Origin: a virus | IMG/VR virus record: IMGVR_UViG_3300044691_000429 | Location: 29,142-93,141 of that record | Length of the DNA: 64,000 nucleotides | Strand: one strand, 5' to 3' | Part shown: in pieces, positions 18,290-26,244 of the stretch | Layout: each line of letters begins with the position of its first letter | Position numbering within the stretch: position 1 is the first letter of the stretch | Made by a program: the position numbers and the translations under genes | The notes under the pieces: generated by a model | Told to the model about the DNA's origin: nothing | Databases searched by the model: none | What the model saw: only the letters and a program-made list of their open reading frames with translations

Positions 18290-18717
18290 GTCCCCTCCTC
18301 CGTCCAGCCCCAGCCCTCCGCGAGGGCGATGAGGGTGTCGCAGTAGCCGCGGCCGTCGACGCGATCGTCCCGCTTGTGGCATGTCCGGCAGCCGAACCGC
18401 GTGATCCTGATGTCGCGGACGTCCCTGGTGATCGGGTGCGCGGCGAGGATCTTCCGGTCGGCCGCGATGCGGCGGAGGACGGCGGCCGGGTCGTGGCGGG
18501 CGATGTGGACGGCATCGGGGAGAGCGTGGTCGCTGCTGGCGCTCACCACCAGGGGGCCGAGCGGCAGACCGCTTCCGCTTCGCTGCCCACTGTCGTGCAC
18601 GACCGCAACATTGTGGTGAGCGTTCCACACAGTCCATGGTCCCGGCCGCGCCGCTTCAGCCTCCTGCTCTACCGCGTCCAGGGTGGCGTGCAGGTAGGCC
18701 AGCGGGGTGGTGGTCAC
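18286..18717 (-). CDS. DUF6221-like protein
   Basis: HIARHDPAAVLRRIAADRKIL...C.TL..LA motif. Confidence 0.7.
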   Translation of the reverse strand: MTTTPLAYLHATLDAVEQEAEAARPGPWTVWNAHHNVAVVHDSGQRSGSGLPLGPLVVSASSDHALPDAVHIARHDPAAVLRRIAADRKILAAHPITRDVRDIRITRFGCRTCHKRDDRVDGRGYCDTLIALAEGWGWTEEGT

Positions 18718-19085
18718 GGGGTCACCGACCCGCTGGCCGGTTCTTCGGCGGTCTCGCGCTGGGCGTCGCGGAGTTCCTTCACCAGGTCGTCCAGCTTGTC
18801 GGACGCGTAGTAGACGTTGCTGGCCTCGAACGGCAAACCGGCAGACCGCAACTCCTGGTACAGGTCGTACAGCTCGCTTGCGTGGGCTTCGGCCTGCTGG
18901 ATGGCGCGCGGCAGGGGCTGCTCCCACGCCGGGGTCTGGCCTGCTGGCACGACAGCGTCGGGGCCTTCGGGCTGGCCGTAGACGAGTCGGTTCGTGACCC
19001 GCTTGATCCGCTGAGCGCCGCAGCCTTCCGCTCGCATCGCGTCCTCGACCTCCGCCATGACGCGGCGCAGTTCCCCATCGTCCAT
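18714..19085 (-). CDS. Hypothetical helical protein
   Basis: ORF with typical codon usage, GTGA overlap. Confidence 0.55.
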   Translation of the reverse strand: MDDGELRRVMAEVEDAMRAEGCGAQRIKRVTNRLVYGQPEGPDAVVPAGQTPAWEQPLPRAIQQAEAHASELYDLYQELRSAGLPFEASNVYYASDKLDDLVKELRDAQRETAEEPASGSVTP

Positions 19086-19125
19086 GCGCCCAGTGTCCCC
19101 CCGCCGCCCGACAACGCCGCGGGGG

Positions 19126-19461
19126 TTACTGCGGCAGCGGCACGCCCGCGTGTTCCTCGGCCATGTGGTCGAGGCCGCATTCCCGGGCCTCCCGCTCGTT
19201 GCTGCCGTAGGTCATCTCGGCGGCCAGCCACCGGTCGCAGTGGGGGCACCAGTAGTCGTAGGCATCAGGGCCGTGCTCAGGCTGGGGCCGCACGCGGATG
19301 GTGTCCAACCGCGCCTGGTGGCGCTGGTCGATGTCGCGCATCAACTCACCGGCCAGGTTGCGGCGCTTGGGGCCGAACGGGACGTCCTGGAACGCGAGAG
19401 ACGGCGACGCCAGGAAGCCGGTTCGGTGCGCGATCCGCTTGAGTGTCCAGCGAAGGGTCAT
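19126..19461 (-). CDS. Hypothetical protein with C2H2-like motif
   Basis: WCPHC...H...H. Confidence 0.5.
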   Translation of the reverse strand: MTLRWTLKRIAHRTGFLASPSLAFQDVPFGPKRRNLAGELMRDIDQRHQARLDTIRVRPQPEHGPDAYDYWCPHCDRWLAAEMTYGSNEREARECGLDHMAEEHAGVPLPQ

Positions 19462-19561
19462 CCCCCCATCATCCCCTCCACCGGACGCGCGCGGGCCCCC
19501 GCCGCGGTGACGGCAGGGGCCCGGGGGGATCGGTTCTCCTCTTCGGGAATGCGGACCCCGC

Positions 19562-19768
19562 CTAGTCGATGAAGCGGAACGCGGCGAAGGCGGTGTGACG
19601 CGGGTGGGCGGTGGCGGCGCAGATCCGGTCGGCTTCGTCGACGTCGCCCCGATTGACGGCAGCGGCGGCACGCTTGGCGGCGTCCCAGTCGACGGGGTTG
19701 TCCAGGTCGATCGGCTCGACCTCGCGGGCGGTGGGCTTGCGGCAGAGCAGCGAGCGGAGCAGGGACAC
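19562..19768 (-). CDS. Hypothetical protein
   Basis: GGAG RBS, 68 aa. Confidence 0.55.
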   Translation of the reverse strand: MSLLRSLLCRKPTAREVEPIDLDNPVDWDAAKRAAAAVNRGDVDEADRICAATAHPRHTAFAAFRFID

Positions 19769-19777
19769 GGCGGTCTC

Positions 19778-20041
19778 CTATCGGTCGGGAGTCTGGTACG
19801 CACGGACGGCGTAGACCGGCGGCATCCGGGGCGGGTCGGCGGGTTCGGCGGGTTCGAGGTGTTGGTCGCCGAAGACGTGCAGTCCGCTCACCCGGTCGTG
19901 CCAGGTGAGCCCGGCGACGATGTTCATGCCGTTCTCGTGCTCCCACACGGTGCCGGTGCGGCCGATCAATTGGCGGTGCTTGTGGGGCGGGACGAGGTGG
20001 TCGACGGACAGGACGGTCACGCGGGAACCGGAGGGGTACAT
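19778..20041 (-). CDS. Hypothetical SH3-like protein
   Basis: GSRVTV...IGRTGTV...F.D..LEP pattern; GGAGG RBS. Confidence 0.55.
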   Translation of the reverse strand: MYPSGSRVTVLSVDHLVPPHKHRQLIGRTGTVWEHENGMNIVAGLTWHDRVSGLHVFGDQHLEPAEPADPPRMPPVYAVRAYQTPDR

Positions 20042-20082
20042 GGGTGCCTCCTATGCAGGTCGGGTGGGATGAGTGCCCCTGG

Positions 20083-20348
20083 TCACCAGATGGCGGCGAG
20101 GCGGGCGTGGGCGCCGCATCCGGTGCAGGTCGTGGCGGCGCGGTGGTTGCCCCAGTTGCAGCGGGCGCAGTCCCAGCCCCGCAAGTCCGCGACAAGCCGG
20201 CCCCGGCGTGTTCGGCGGCTTCCTTCTCCAGGTCGGCCTTGCGGGGGGTGCCGCCGGTGTTGCAGCCGGAGCAAGACCAGCGTGAACCCAACGGCCCCGA
20301 GCGGACCGTGACCTTCTCGCCCATCTGGGTGGGCATGCTGAGGTTCAC
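20083..20348 (-). pseudogene. Possibly frameshifted double zinc-finger gene
   Basis: WSCSGC...EHA in one frame, WDCARC..N....C..C in another; frame change near 20183-20195. Confidence 0.4.
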
Positions 20349-20352
20349 CGGG

Positions 20353-20541
20353 TCACGCCTCCTGCTTCTGGCCGTAGTAGCCGGAGCGGGGGTTGGTGGT
20401 GTCGGACAGGTGGACGCGGTACCCGTCGGTGGCCAGGACGAGCGGGTCGCTGGCGGTGCCGGGGTGGCCGCAGGCCGCGCAGGTGTTGCGCTGGCCTTTG
20501 TGGTCGCGGGCCTGCTGGGTGGTGTTGATGTAGCCAGCCAC
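20353..20541 (-). CDS. Small CxxC protein
   Basis: CAACGH, DGYRVH. Confidence 0.6.
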   Translation of the reverse strand: MAGYINTTQQARDHKGQRNTCAACGHPGTASDPLVLATDGYRVHLSDTTNPRSGYYGQKQEA

Positions 20542-20544
20542 GGG

Positions 20545-20721
20545 TCAGCCCTCCTTGATGACGTAGATGGCGCCGTTCGGGTCGATGGCGAGGACGGTGC
20601 CGCAGCCGCCGCACTCGTAGACCCGGTAGCCGTCTCGGCTGCCCTTGTGGGCCATGACCTCTTTGCAGCAGACAGGCGGGTCGTCGGTCATGCGGGAGTT
20701 GGTGACGGTTCGGGATGCCAT
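20545..20721 (-). CDS. Small zinc-ribbon protein (58 aa, not in ORF track)
   Basis: MASRTV...PVCCKEVM...YECGGCG; RBS upstream. Confidence 0.55.
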   Translation of the reverse strand: MASRTVTNSRMTDDPPVCCKEVMAHKGSRDGYRVYECGGCGTVLAIDPNGAIYVIKEG

Positions 20722-20723
20722 GG

Positions 20724-20918
20724 TCAGTTCTCCTGCTTCTCGCCGAGCCGGACTTCCATGGAGGCGCGGCCGAGTTCGGCGATCTCGCTGCCGTCGGTGG
20801 TGCGAGTGGCGAAGCGTGCGTTGACCTCGGCGACGATGCGGTCGGTGGTCCTGATGTCGCCGCGCCGCTTGGCAGCGACGTACTCGCGGACGGAGTCGTG
20901 CTGGTAGTTGGTGGACAT
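20724..20918 (-). CDS. Hypothetical protein
   Basis: AAAGGA RBS, 64 aa, first gene downstream of the clt-like array. Confidence 0.65.
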   Translation of the reverse strand: MSTNYQHDSVREYVAAKRRGDIRTTDRIVAEVNARFATRTTDGSEIAELGRASMEVRLGEKQEN

Positions 20919-20942
20919 GGGATTCCTTTCGATCTTGGTTGA

Positions 20943-21104
20943 GCCGGTCCGGGGCCGGTCGGGACCCGGTCGGTGGGGGTGTTTGCCCTAGTCTGTGCCC
21001 GGACGGAGGCCGGACGGGACTCGCAGCCAGCAGTTCTGGCGGCCAGCCCCCGGCCGGGCCGAACCCGGGTGCTACCCGGCCTGAGACCGGGTCCCGGCCG
21101 GGTC
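20943..21104 (-). repeat. clt-like locus: 8-bp repeats in 11-bp phase (candidate TraB recognition sequences)
   Basis: CCGG cores at 20944, 20955, 20966, 20999, 21010, 21054, 21065, 21076, 21087, 21098, all the same modulo 11; minus-strand 8-mers include GACCCGGC and GACCCGGT. Confidence 0.7.
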
Positions 21105-23135
21105 CATCAGCCCTGCGGCGGCCTGTTCGACCGCCGACCGCTCCCAGCCGCGGAGCCGGCCGTTGGCCTCGGTGTCCCGGCTGGCGGTCACGCCCGGCGC
21201 GTGCTTGCGGAGAATCCGGCCAAGGCGCTCCGAATCCATCTCGCCATACCCGGAGTTGTGGAGCGCGGGCAGCAGCGTCTCGGACGTCGGCAGGAAGTCG
21301 GCGGCGCCCAACTCGAACTCCCGCAACAGGATGGCGACCAGCCGTGCATCGTCCACTCCGCCCTGTGAGGCCAGGGCGTCAAGCCGGTCGGCGATAAGGT
21401 CGCCACGCCCGGACGTCGAGAGGTTCGCCCCGGAGCCGATCAGGGTGTCGGCGTCCATGCGGGGCCGGCCCGCCTTGAGACGCTCGGGCAGGGCGGCGGT
21501 GATCTGCGGGCGGGTGTACTGGTTGAACTGGTGGCGGATGGCCCGGGTCAGCGCGCCGCCCATGATCATGGCCTGGCCCGCGTCGTTCGCAACGGGGCCA
21601 ACGGCGGGCTTCATGCGGTCCGGCCGCCAGCCGAGAGCGCCAGCACCCACACCGAACGCAATCTTGACGTCCTCGAAGCGGCAGGCCATCAGTATCCGGT
21701 AGGCGACGATCGCCGCGATGGCGTCACCGAGAGCGTCGGCTGTAGCCTCCTGACCGGCCATGATGAGGTAGATGCCGTACTGGCGGCCCGTCCGCAGGAT
21801 CTTGATCGCGGCGTCCTTGCCCTTGGCACTGAGCTGGATGAACTCGTCGATGTTGATGTACAGGTTCGGGTGCTCCGGGGTGGCGTGCCACCGGTCGCCC
21901 ATCCCCAGGGTGTGCATGAGCTTGCCGCGGGCGGACACGTAGGTCAGGGCCTCGTCCAGCGCTTCCTCGCACTCCTCGGGCCCCCTCGCCCGGCGGGCCA
22001 TGAGGTCGCCGAACTCGGACAGCCCGCCCTTGATCGGGTCCAGGTCCCACACGACGGCGTCCCGGCACGCGGTCAGGGCCTCGTTGATGGTGCGCAGCGC
22101 TCCGAGGCTCTTGCCCGCGCCCATCGCTCCGATGATCAGAGCGCAGAACCCATCGAGGCTGAGTTCGAGGGTGCTCCCGTCCATGGTCCGGCCCATGTGG
22201 ACCACATCGTGCACGGACAGGGAGTTCGGGGGCCGCACCGCGGGCTTCGGCATGTCCGCGAACGGGTTGGACGCGACGAGCCGCACGGTGACCCTGGACT
22301 TGTCGCGACTGTCCGGCTCGGGCATGAACCCGCCGTCGGGCAGGGCGAGATGCCCCTCGATCTGGTCGGACGCGGCCATGACCTTGCCCGGGGTGGCGCC
22401 CTTGAGTTCCAGGGCGATCTCCCAGCCCCAGCCGCGGTAGCCGAGCACGTTGATCTGCCGGGCGCCGATGCCCTCGGCCTTGAGGGCGCGCTGGATGCAG
22501 GTCCGGACCTGCTCGCCGTCCTTGCACCAGGCCAGCGGGAACGGCTCGCCGTCGTCCACCTCGGGCTCCGGGCCGGGTCCGATCGCGGTCGCGACCGGGG
22601 CGGCCTCCAGCGCCCGCCTGATGTTGATGCGCCGCCCGTACCCGGTGACGACAGCCCCGGCGATCGCGGTCTCGGCCGCGGGCGCCGCGAGGAACGCCTC
22701 CCCGGCGGGCATGCCCACACCCAGCACGAGGCCGAGGGATGCCGCAACGGTGAGGACGACCCCGCCCCCGGCGGTGCCCGCGGCGGTGATCCACCGGCGG
22801 TGGCGCTCCTCGCGGATCTTGTCCCAGTCCGCATTGCTGCGGGGCTCCACGGACTCGACGCGATCGGTCGCCCGCACGTACCGCCAGCCCGCGCGGGTCG
22901 TGCCGTGCAGACCCCGCCCGAGCCACCCTCCGCCGGTGCCTGCCGCGCGGGCGGTGTGGCCGAGGCCGCGCCCGGTCGCCCTAGCAGCGACCAGCGCGGC
23001 GGACTGGGTGGTGCGCGGCGCCGGCCGGGTGGTGGGCACGTCCGGCGCCGCGGGCTTCGCGGGGACGTAATCCGGCTTGAGGAAGTCCGGCACGTCGATG
23101 TCGGCGGCCGTGCGGGAGGAGCTGTCGATGGCCAT
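21072..23135 (-). CDS. traB: TraB-like FtsK/SpoIIIE conjugative DNA translocase
   Basis: Two N-terminal hydrophobic segments, Walker A GAMGAGKS, LDPIKGG, Walker B YINIDEF, GRQYGI...AGQ, GWRPDRM, C-terminal wHTH-like region. Confidence 0.85.
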   Translation of the reverse strand: MAIDSSSRTAADIDVPDFLKPDYVPAKPAAPDVPTTRPAPRTTQSAALVAARATGRGLGHTARAAGTGGGWLGRGLHGTTRAGWRYVRATDRVESVEPRSNADWDKIREERHRRWITAAGTAGGGVVLTVAASLGLVLGVGMPAGEAFLAAPAAETAIAGAVVTGYGRRINIRRALEAAPVATAIGPGPEPEVDDGEPFPLAWCKDGEQVRTCIQRALKAEGIGARQINVLGYRGWGWEIALELKGATPGKVMAASDQIEGHLALPDGGFMPEPDSRDKSRVTVRLVASNPFADMPKPAVRPPNSLSVHDVVHMGRTMDGSTLELSLDGFCALIIGAMGAGKSLGALRTINEALTACRDAVVWDLDPIKGGLSEFGDLMARRARGPEECEEALDEALTYVSARGKLMHTLGMGDRWHATPEHPNLYINIDEFIQLSAKGKDAAIKILRTGRQYGIYLIMAGQEATADALGDAIAAIVAYRILMACRFEDVKIAFGVGAGALGWRPDRMKPAVGPVANDAGQAMIMGGALTRAIRHQFNQYTRPQITAALPERLKAGRPRMDADTLIGSGANLSTSGRGDLIADRLDALASQGGVDDARLVAILLREFELGAADFLPTSETLLPALHNSGYGEMDSERLGRILRKHAPGVTASRDTEANGRLRGWERSAVEQAAAGLMDPAGTRSQAG

Positions 23136-23138
23136 GGG

Positions 23139-24482
23139 TCAGGCGTCCTTCGGAGTCGCGGTCTTGGCGGTTATGGCGGCCTGCTTGCGGGCGGCTTCAA
23201 CGAACGGGGCGGTGTCCCCCGGGCGGCGTACTCCACGCACCGGAGGACCGGTAACCGAGCCCCTACGGCGAGTAGGGGGGACTTGCGGATTCACCTGCGC
23301 GTTGCCGATCTTCCACACGGTCTTGTCGGGGGCGTCCGCGCGGGCGTCGAGCATGCGTCGGGCAGCCGCGTTCCGGAGCTGCTGGGCCTCCGCGGAGTCG
23401 CCCGGGTCGGTGCCCTCGACGTCCTTGTGGGCCCGCCTCCAAACGGTCTCGGTGACGGTCGTTTCGCCGAGCGCGGCGGCCAGTTTGACGGCGTGCTCCC
23501 ACACCTTCGGGTACAGCGTTTCGCGGTCCTTCGTGAGCTTCTCGAAGGCCGCCTTCGCCGCCTTCTCGGCGGCCTCCTTCTCGGCCTTCACAGCTGCCTC
23601 GCGGGCGGCCTTCTCGGCAGCAGCCCGCTTCTCCGTGCGCTCCTGATCCTTCCGCTCGCGACCCGTCAGGGCGCCGTCGCGCTTCCGGATCCGGCCGTGC
23701 TCGTGCAGGTCCCACACGCCGGGGCCGGCGACCGAGGCGAAGGCGGTAGCGAGAGCCGTCGCCATCCCGAAGTGCCCCAAACCGTGCGTCAGGTTGATGC
23801 CCGCAGCAACAAACGCCAGCGCCCACGCGATCAGGCGGTAGTGCCAGTGCGGCCGGTGGTCATCGACCGCTGCAGCAGCACCGCGGAGGACAACCCACGC
23901 GCCGCCTTCGAGGAAGAGCGGTGCGGCAACGAGCCAGGGTGCGGCAGGGTTCCAGAACGCGGATGCCTGCACCGGGAGCGCAACAACGGCGCACACGACG
24001 GCGAAGCCGAGGGCGGCACGCTTCCAGGAGGACGCGGACTTGCCGTGCTTGGCCTGCTGCTCGATGTCGGCCTGCCGCTGCGCTGCGGCTGCGAGGCGGC
24101 CGTCCTCGCGTGCCCGGTCGGCCTCATCTCGCTTGCGATTGGATTCGGCGATGCGCGCCTCACTGGCGGCGTCTTCCTCGCGGGCACGCCGGGCGGTCTT
24201 GTCGTTGGCGAGCTGCAGCCGACGGGCTTCCTCTGCCGCCCTGACCTTCTCGGCTTCGGCCTTGCCTTCGGCTTCGATCAGCAGGGCTGCGGCTTCGGCC
24301 TCGGCGCGGGTGCGGATGGCGGCGGCTTCGGCGGCGGCCACCAGGTCCACGGCCGGCCCAGCGGCGGGCGCCGGCTCGGGTGCGGTCTCGGGTTCGGCGA
24401 TGCCGCCGATGCGGATGGGCGTGAACGGCTCCCATGTGGGCACGTGGGGCCGCGTGGTGCCGTTCAGGGTCTGGCCGGACAC
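23139..24482 (-). CDS. SpdB-like spread/transfer membrane protein (coiled coil, 4 TM, coiled coil)
   Basis: Ala/Glu/Arg coiled coil, four hydrophobic segments, AGINLTHG, directly upstream of traB. Confidence 0.7.
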   Translation of the reverse strand: MSGQTLNGTTRPHVPTWEPFTPIRIGGIAEPETAPEPAPAAGPAVDLVAAAEAAAIRTRAEAEAAALLIEAEGKAEAEKVRAAEEARRLQLANDKTARRAREEDAASEARIAESNRKRDEADRAREDGRLAAAAQRQADIEQQAKHGKSASSWKRAALGFAVVCAVVALPVQASAFWNPAAPWLVAAPLFLEGGAWVVLRGAAAAVDDHRPHWHYRLIAWALAFVAAGINLTHGLGHFGMATALATAFASVAGPGVWDLHEHGRIRKRDGALTGRERKDQERTEKRAAAEKAAREAAVKAEKEAAEKAAKAAFEKLTKDRETLYPKVWEHAVKLAAALGETTVTETVWRRAHKDVEGTDPGDSAEAQQLRNAAARRMLDARADAPDKTVWKIGNAQVNPQVPPTRRRGSVTGPPVRGVRRPGDTAPFVEAARKQAAITAKTATPKDA

Positions 24483-24501
24483 GGTCGGGTCTCCTTCGGG
24501 G

Positions 24502-24777
24502 CTATCGGGTGGGCTGGTTGTAGGCGTCGCGGAACTCTTCGGCGAACGCGGCGGCGAGGACGCCGATCCCGGTCTGCGACAGCGCCGGGTGCCCGGTGCG
24601 GGCGGCGAGCTGCTGCTCGGCGTGGACAGCGGCGGCGGTGGCCACGGTGACGATCACCCGCAGGGTGCGGAGGACCAGCACCAGCACCCCCAGCAGCAGT
24701 TGCGCGACGACCGCGAGGACCGCCAGCACCAGCCGCCGCCATGGGGTCGGGGCGCGGGCCACCAGGACGCGGGGCAT
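24502..24777 (-). CDS. Small membrane protein (Spd-like)
   Basis: Long hydrophobic stretch; in the tra operon. Confidence 0.6.
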   Translation of the reverse strand: MPRVLVARAPTPWRRLVLAVLAVVAQLLLGVLVLVLRTLRVIVTVATAAAVHAEQQLAARTGHPALSQTGIGVLAAAFAEEFRDAYNQPTR

Positions 24778-24944
24778 CAGGCGTACCTCCGGGGGGCTTT
24801 GCCGTCCCGCGCGGACACGGCCCAGGCGCTGGCCCATCGGCCGAGGTCGGGCAGGAGGACGGTCGGCAGCTCCTGCTCGAACTGCTTGCGCACGGGCGCC
24901 GGGCAGGCGGCAATGAGCCCCAGAAGGTCAGACCAGCGCGTCAT
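24777..24944 (-). CDS. Hypothetical protein
   Basis: Overlapping start and stop with neighbours. Confidence 0.5.
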   Translation of the reverse strand: MTRWSDLLGLIAACPAPVRKQFEQELPTVLLPDLGRWASAWAVSARDGKAPRRYA

Positions 24945-25528
24945 GACGCCCCCTTCGCTGCGGTACGGACCAGGCCGAGCGCCTGCTCCCCGGTGGCGCC
25001 CGGCATCTCGTTCCACCGCGGGTACGGCATCGTGATCCCCCGGCTGGCGAGGGCGCCCTGGATCTGCCGCCCCGCCTCGACCGCGGTGTGCTCGGTGCCG
25101 TAGCCGAGGGCGTGCACGGCCCGCTGCGCGCCGAGGATGCAGCGCCCACCGGTCGCAGTGCGGATCCGGCGGCCCGACTTGGCCCACCCCCACCGCTCCA
25201 GGACCAGCGCGGTCAGCTCCAGGTGCTCCGTGGTGGTGATCCGCGCCCGCTGCAGGCCCTCACCCCGACGGGGGCGGAGGACGAGCAGCCGGTCCGGCAG
25301 CACCCGCCACAACCCGCCGGGCAGCTGCGGGCCGGCCGGAGCCGACGGGGCGGGCTCGCTGCCGACCGCCAGCCGCACCAGGTCGGCCGTCGGCAGCGTC
25401 ACGAGCCGGTGCGCGGTCCGCGTCGGATCCGTCAGCCACGCCACAGCCTCGGCCGCCAGCTCGTCGGCGACGCCGTCGAACAGGTCCAGGTCGGGCAGGC
25501 TCGGGATTGCGGTCGTCATGTCAGACAC
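24941..25528 (-). CDS. DUF6197-like protein
   Basis: LERWGW...G.RCILGA...WNE.PG.T...L...R.AA. Confidence 0.65.
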   Translation of the reverse strand: MSDMTTAIPSLPDLDLFDGVADELAAEAVAWLTDPTRTAHRLVTLPTADLVRLAVGSEPAPSAPAGPQLPGGLWRVLPDRLLVLRPRRGEGLQRARITTTEHLELTALVLERWGWAKSGRRIRTATGGRCILGAQRAVHALGYGTEHTAVEAGRQIQGALASRGITMPYPRWNEMPGATGEQALGLVRTAAKGAS

Positions 25529-25889
25529 CCGCCGGGGTGGCGTGGCTGATTACCTCGGCCGGGTCGGGGCCGAAGATGCCGGGCCGGTTGCGCAGTTCCT
25601 GGAACGTCATCAGGCCGCCGGGCTTCCGCTCGTGGATCGGGCCGTAGCCGAGCCACGCACCGGCGGCGGTCATGTGGTCGCAGCGGGCCTCCTGGCCGAT
25701 CCACCGGCCCGGCCGGCTGAACGTCCACTCCATGAGGGCCCGCTTCGGCGCCCCGGGGTACTTCGCGTTGAGGTCCACCACGCTGTAGTAGGTGTGGCCG
25801 GGCTTGACGGTGGCGGCGAAGGTGGCGGCCTCCTTCTGGGCATTGCGACGCGCCACGGTCGCTGGCGCGATCAGGCTGAGCGGGTTCAC
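25521..25889 (-). CDS. Hypothetical protein
   Basis: GAAGGAG RBS, 122 aa. Confidence 0.6.
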   Translation of the reverse strand: MNPLSLIAPATVARRNAQKEAATFAATVKPGHTYYSVVDLNAKYPGAPKRALMEWTFSRPGRWIGQEARCDHMTAAGAWLGYGPIHERKPGGLMTFQELRNRPGIFGPDPAEVISHATPAGV

Positions 25890-25933
25890 GGTGCTCCTTC
25901 GGTTGTGTGGCGGGCGGGGTGTCTGGCGGTTCT

Positions 25934-25966
25934 CCTCACCACCCAGCGCGGGGCTGGGTGGTGAGG
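25934..25966. terminator. 14-bp perfect hairpin within the tra operon
   Basis: CCTCACCACCCAGC / GCTGGGTGGTGAGG, 5-nt loop, intergenic. Confidence 0.55.
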
Positions 25967-25973
25967 GCAGGCG

Positions 25974-26174
25974 TCAGGCGGCGGGTCCTCGGCGCCACCG
26001 GGGAAGCGGCTTGGCGGCCTGGTTGGCGGCGGCGTTCAGCTCCAGGTATTCGGGCGTCTCGTCGCGGATACCGGCGCGCCTCTCGCGGGCGCTGTTCCGG
26101 TGCAGGGCGGCGTCGGCGGCCTTGGACGCCTTGACGTCCTCGGGGCGGCCGAGGATCTTGTCGCGGATGCTCAT
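25974..26174 (-). CDS. Hypothetical protein
   Basis: GAAAGGA RBS; ETPEYLELN motif. Confidence 0.6.
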   Translation of the reverse strand: MSIRDKILGRPEDVKASKAADAALHRNSARERRAGIRDETPEYLELNAAANQAAKPLPRWRRGPAA

Positions 26175-26244
26175 TGGGTTCCTTTCGGGTCGGGGTGCCG
26201 GGCCGGCCTGCGGAGGGGTGCTGGCCGGCCCGGCGGTCGGGGGG

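Noticed and set aside
21531-24650. 1039-aa + strand ORF antisense to traB/spdB (and similar long antisense ORFs such as 10339-12681, 53963-55657)
   Set aside because: Shadow ORFs caused by GC3 bias on the coding strand; no motifs or RBS.
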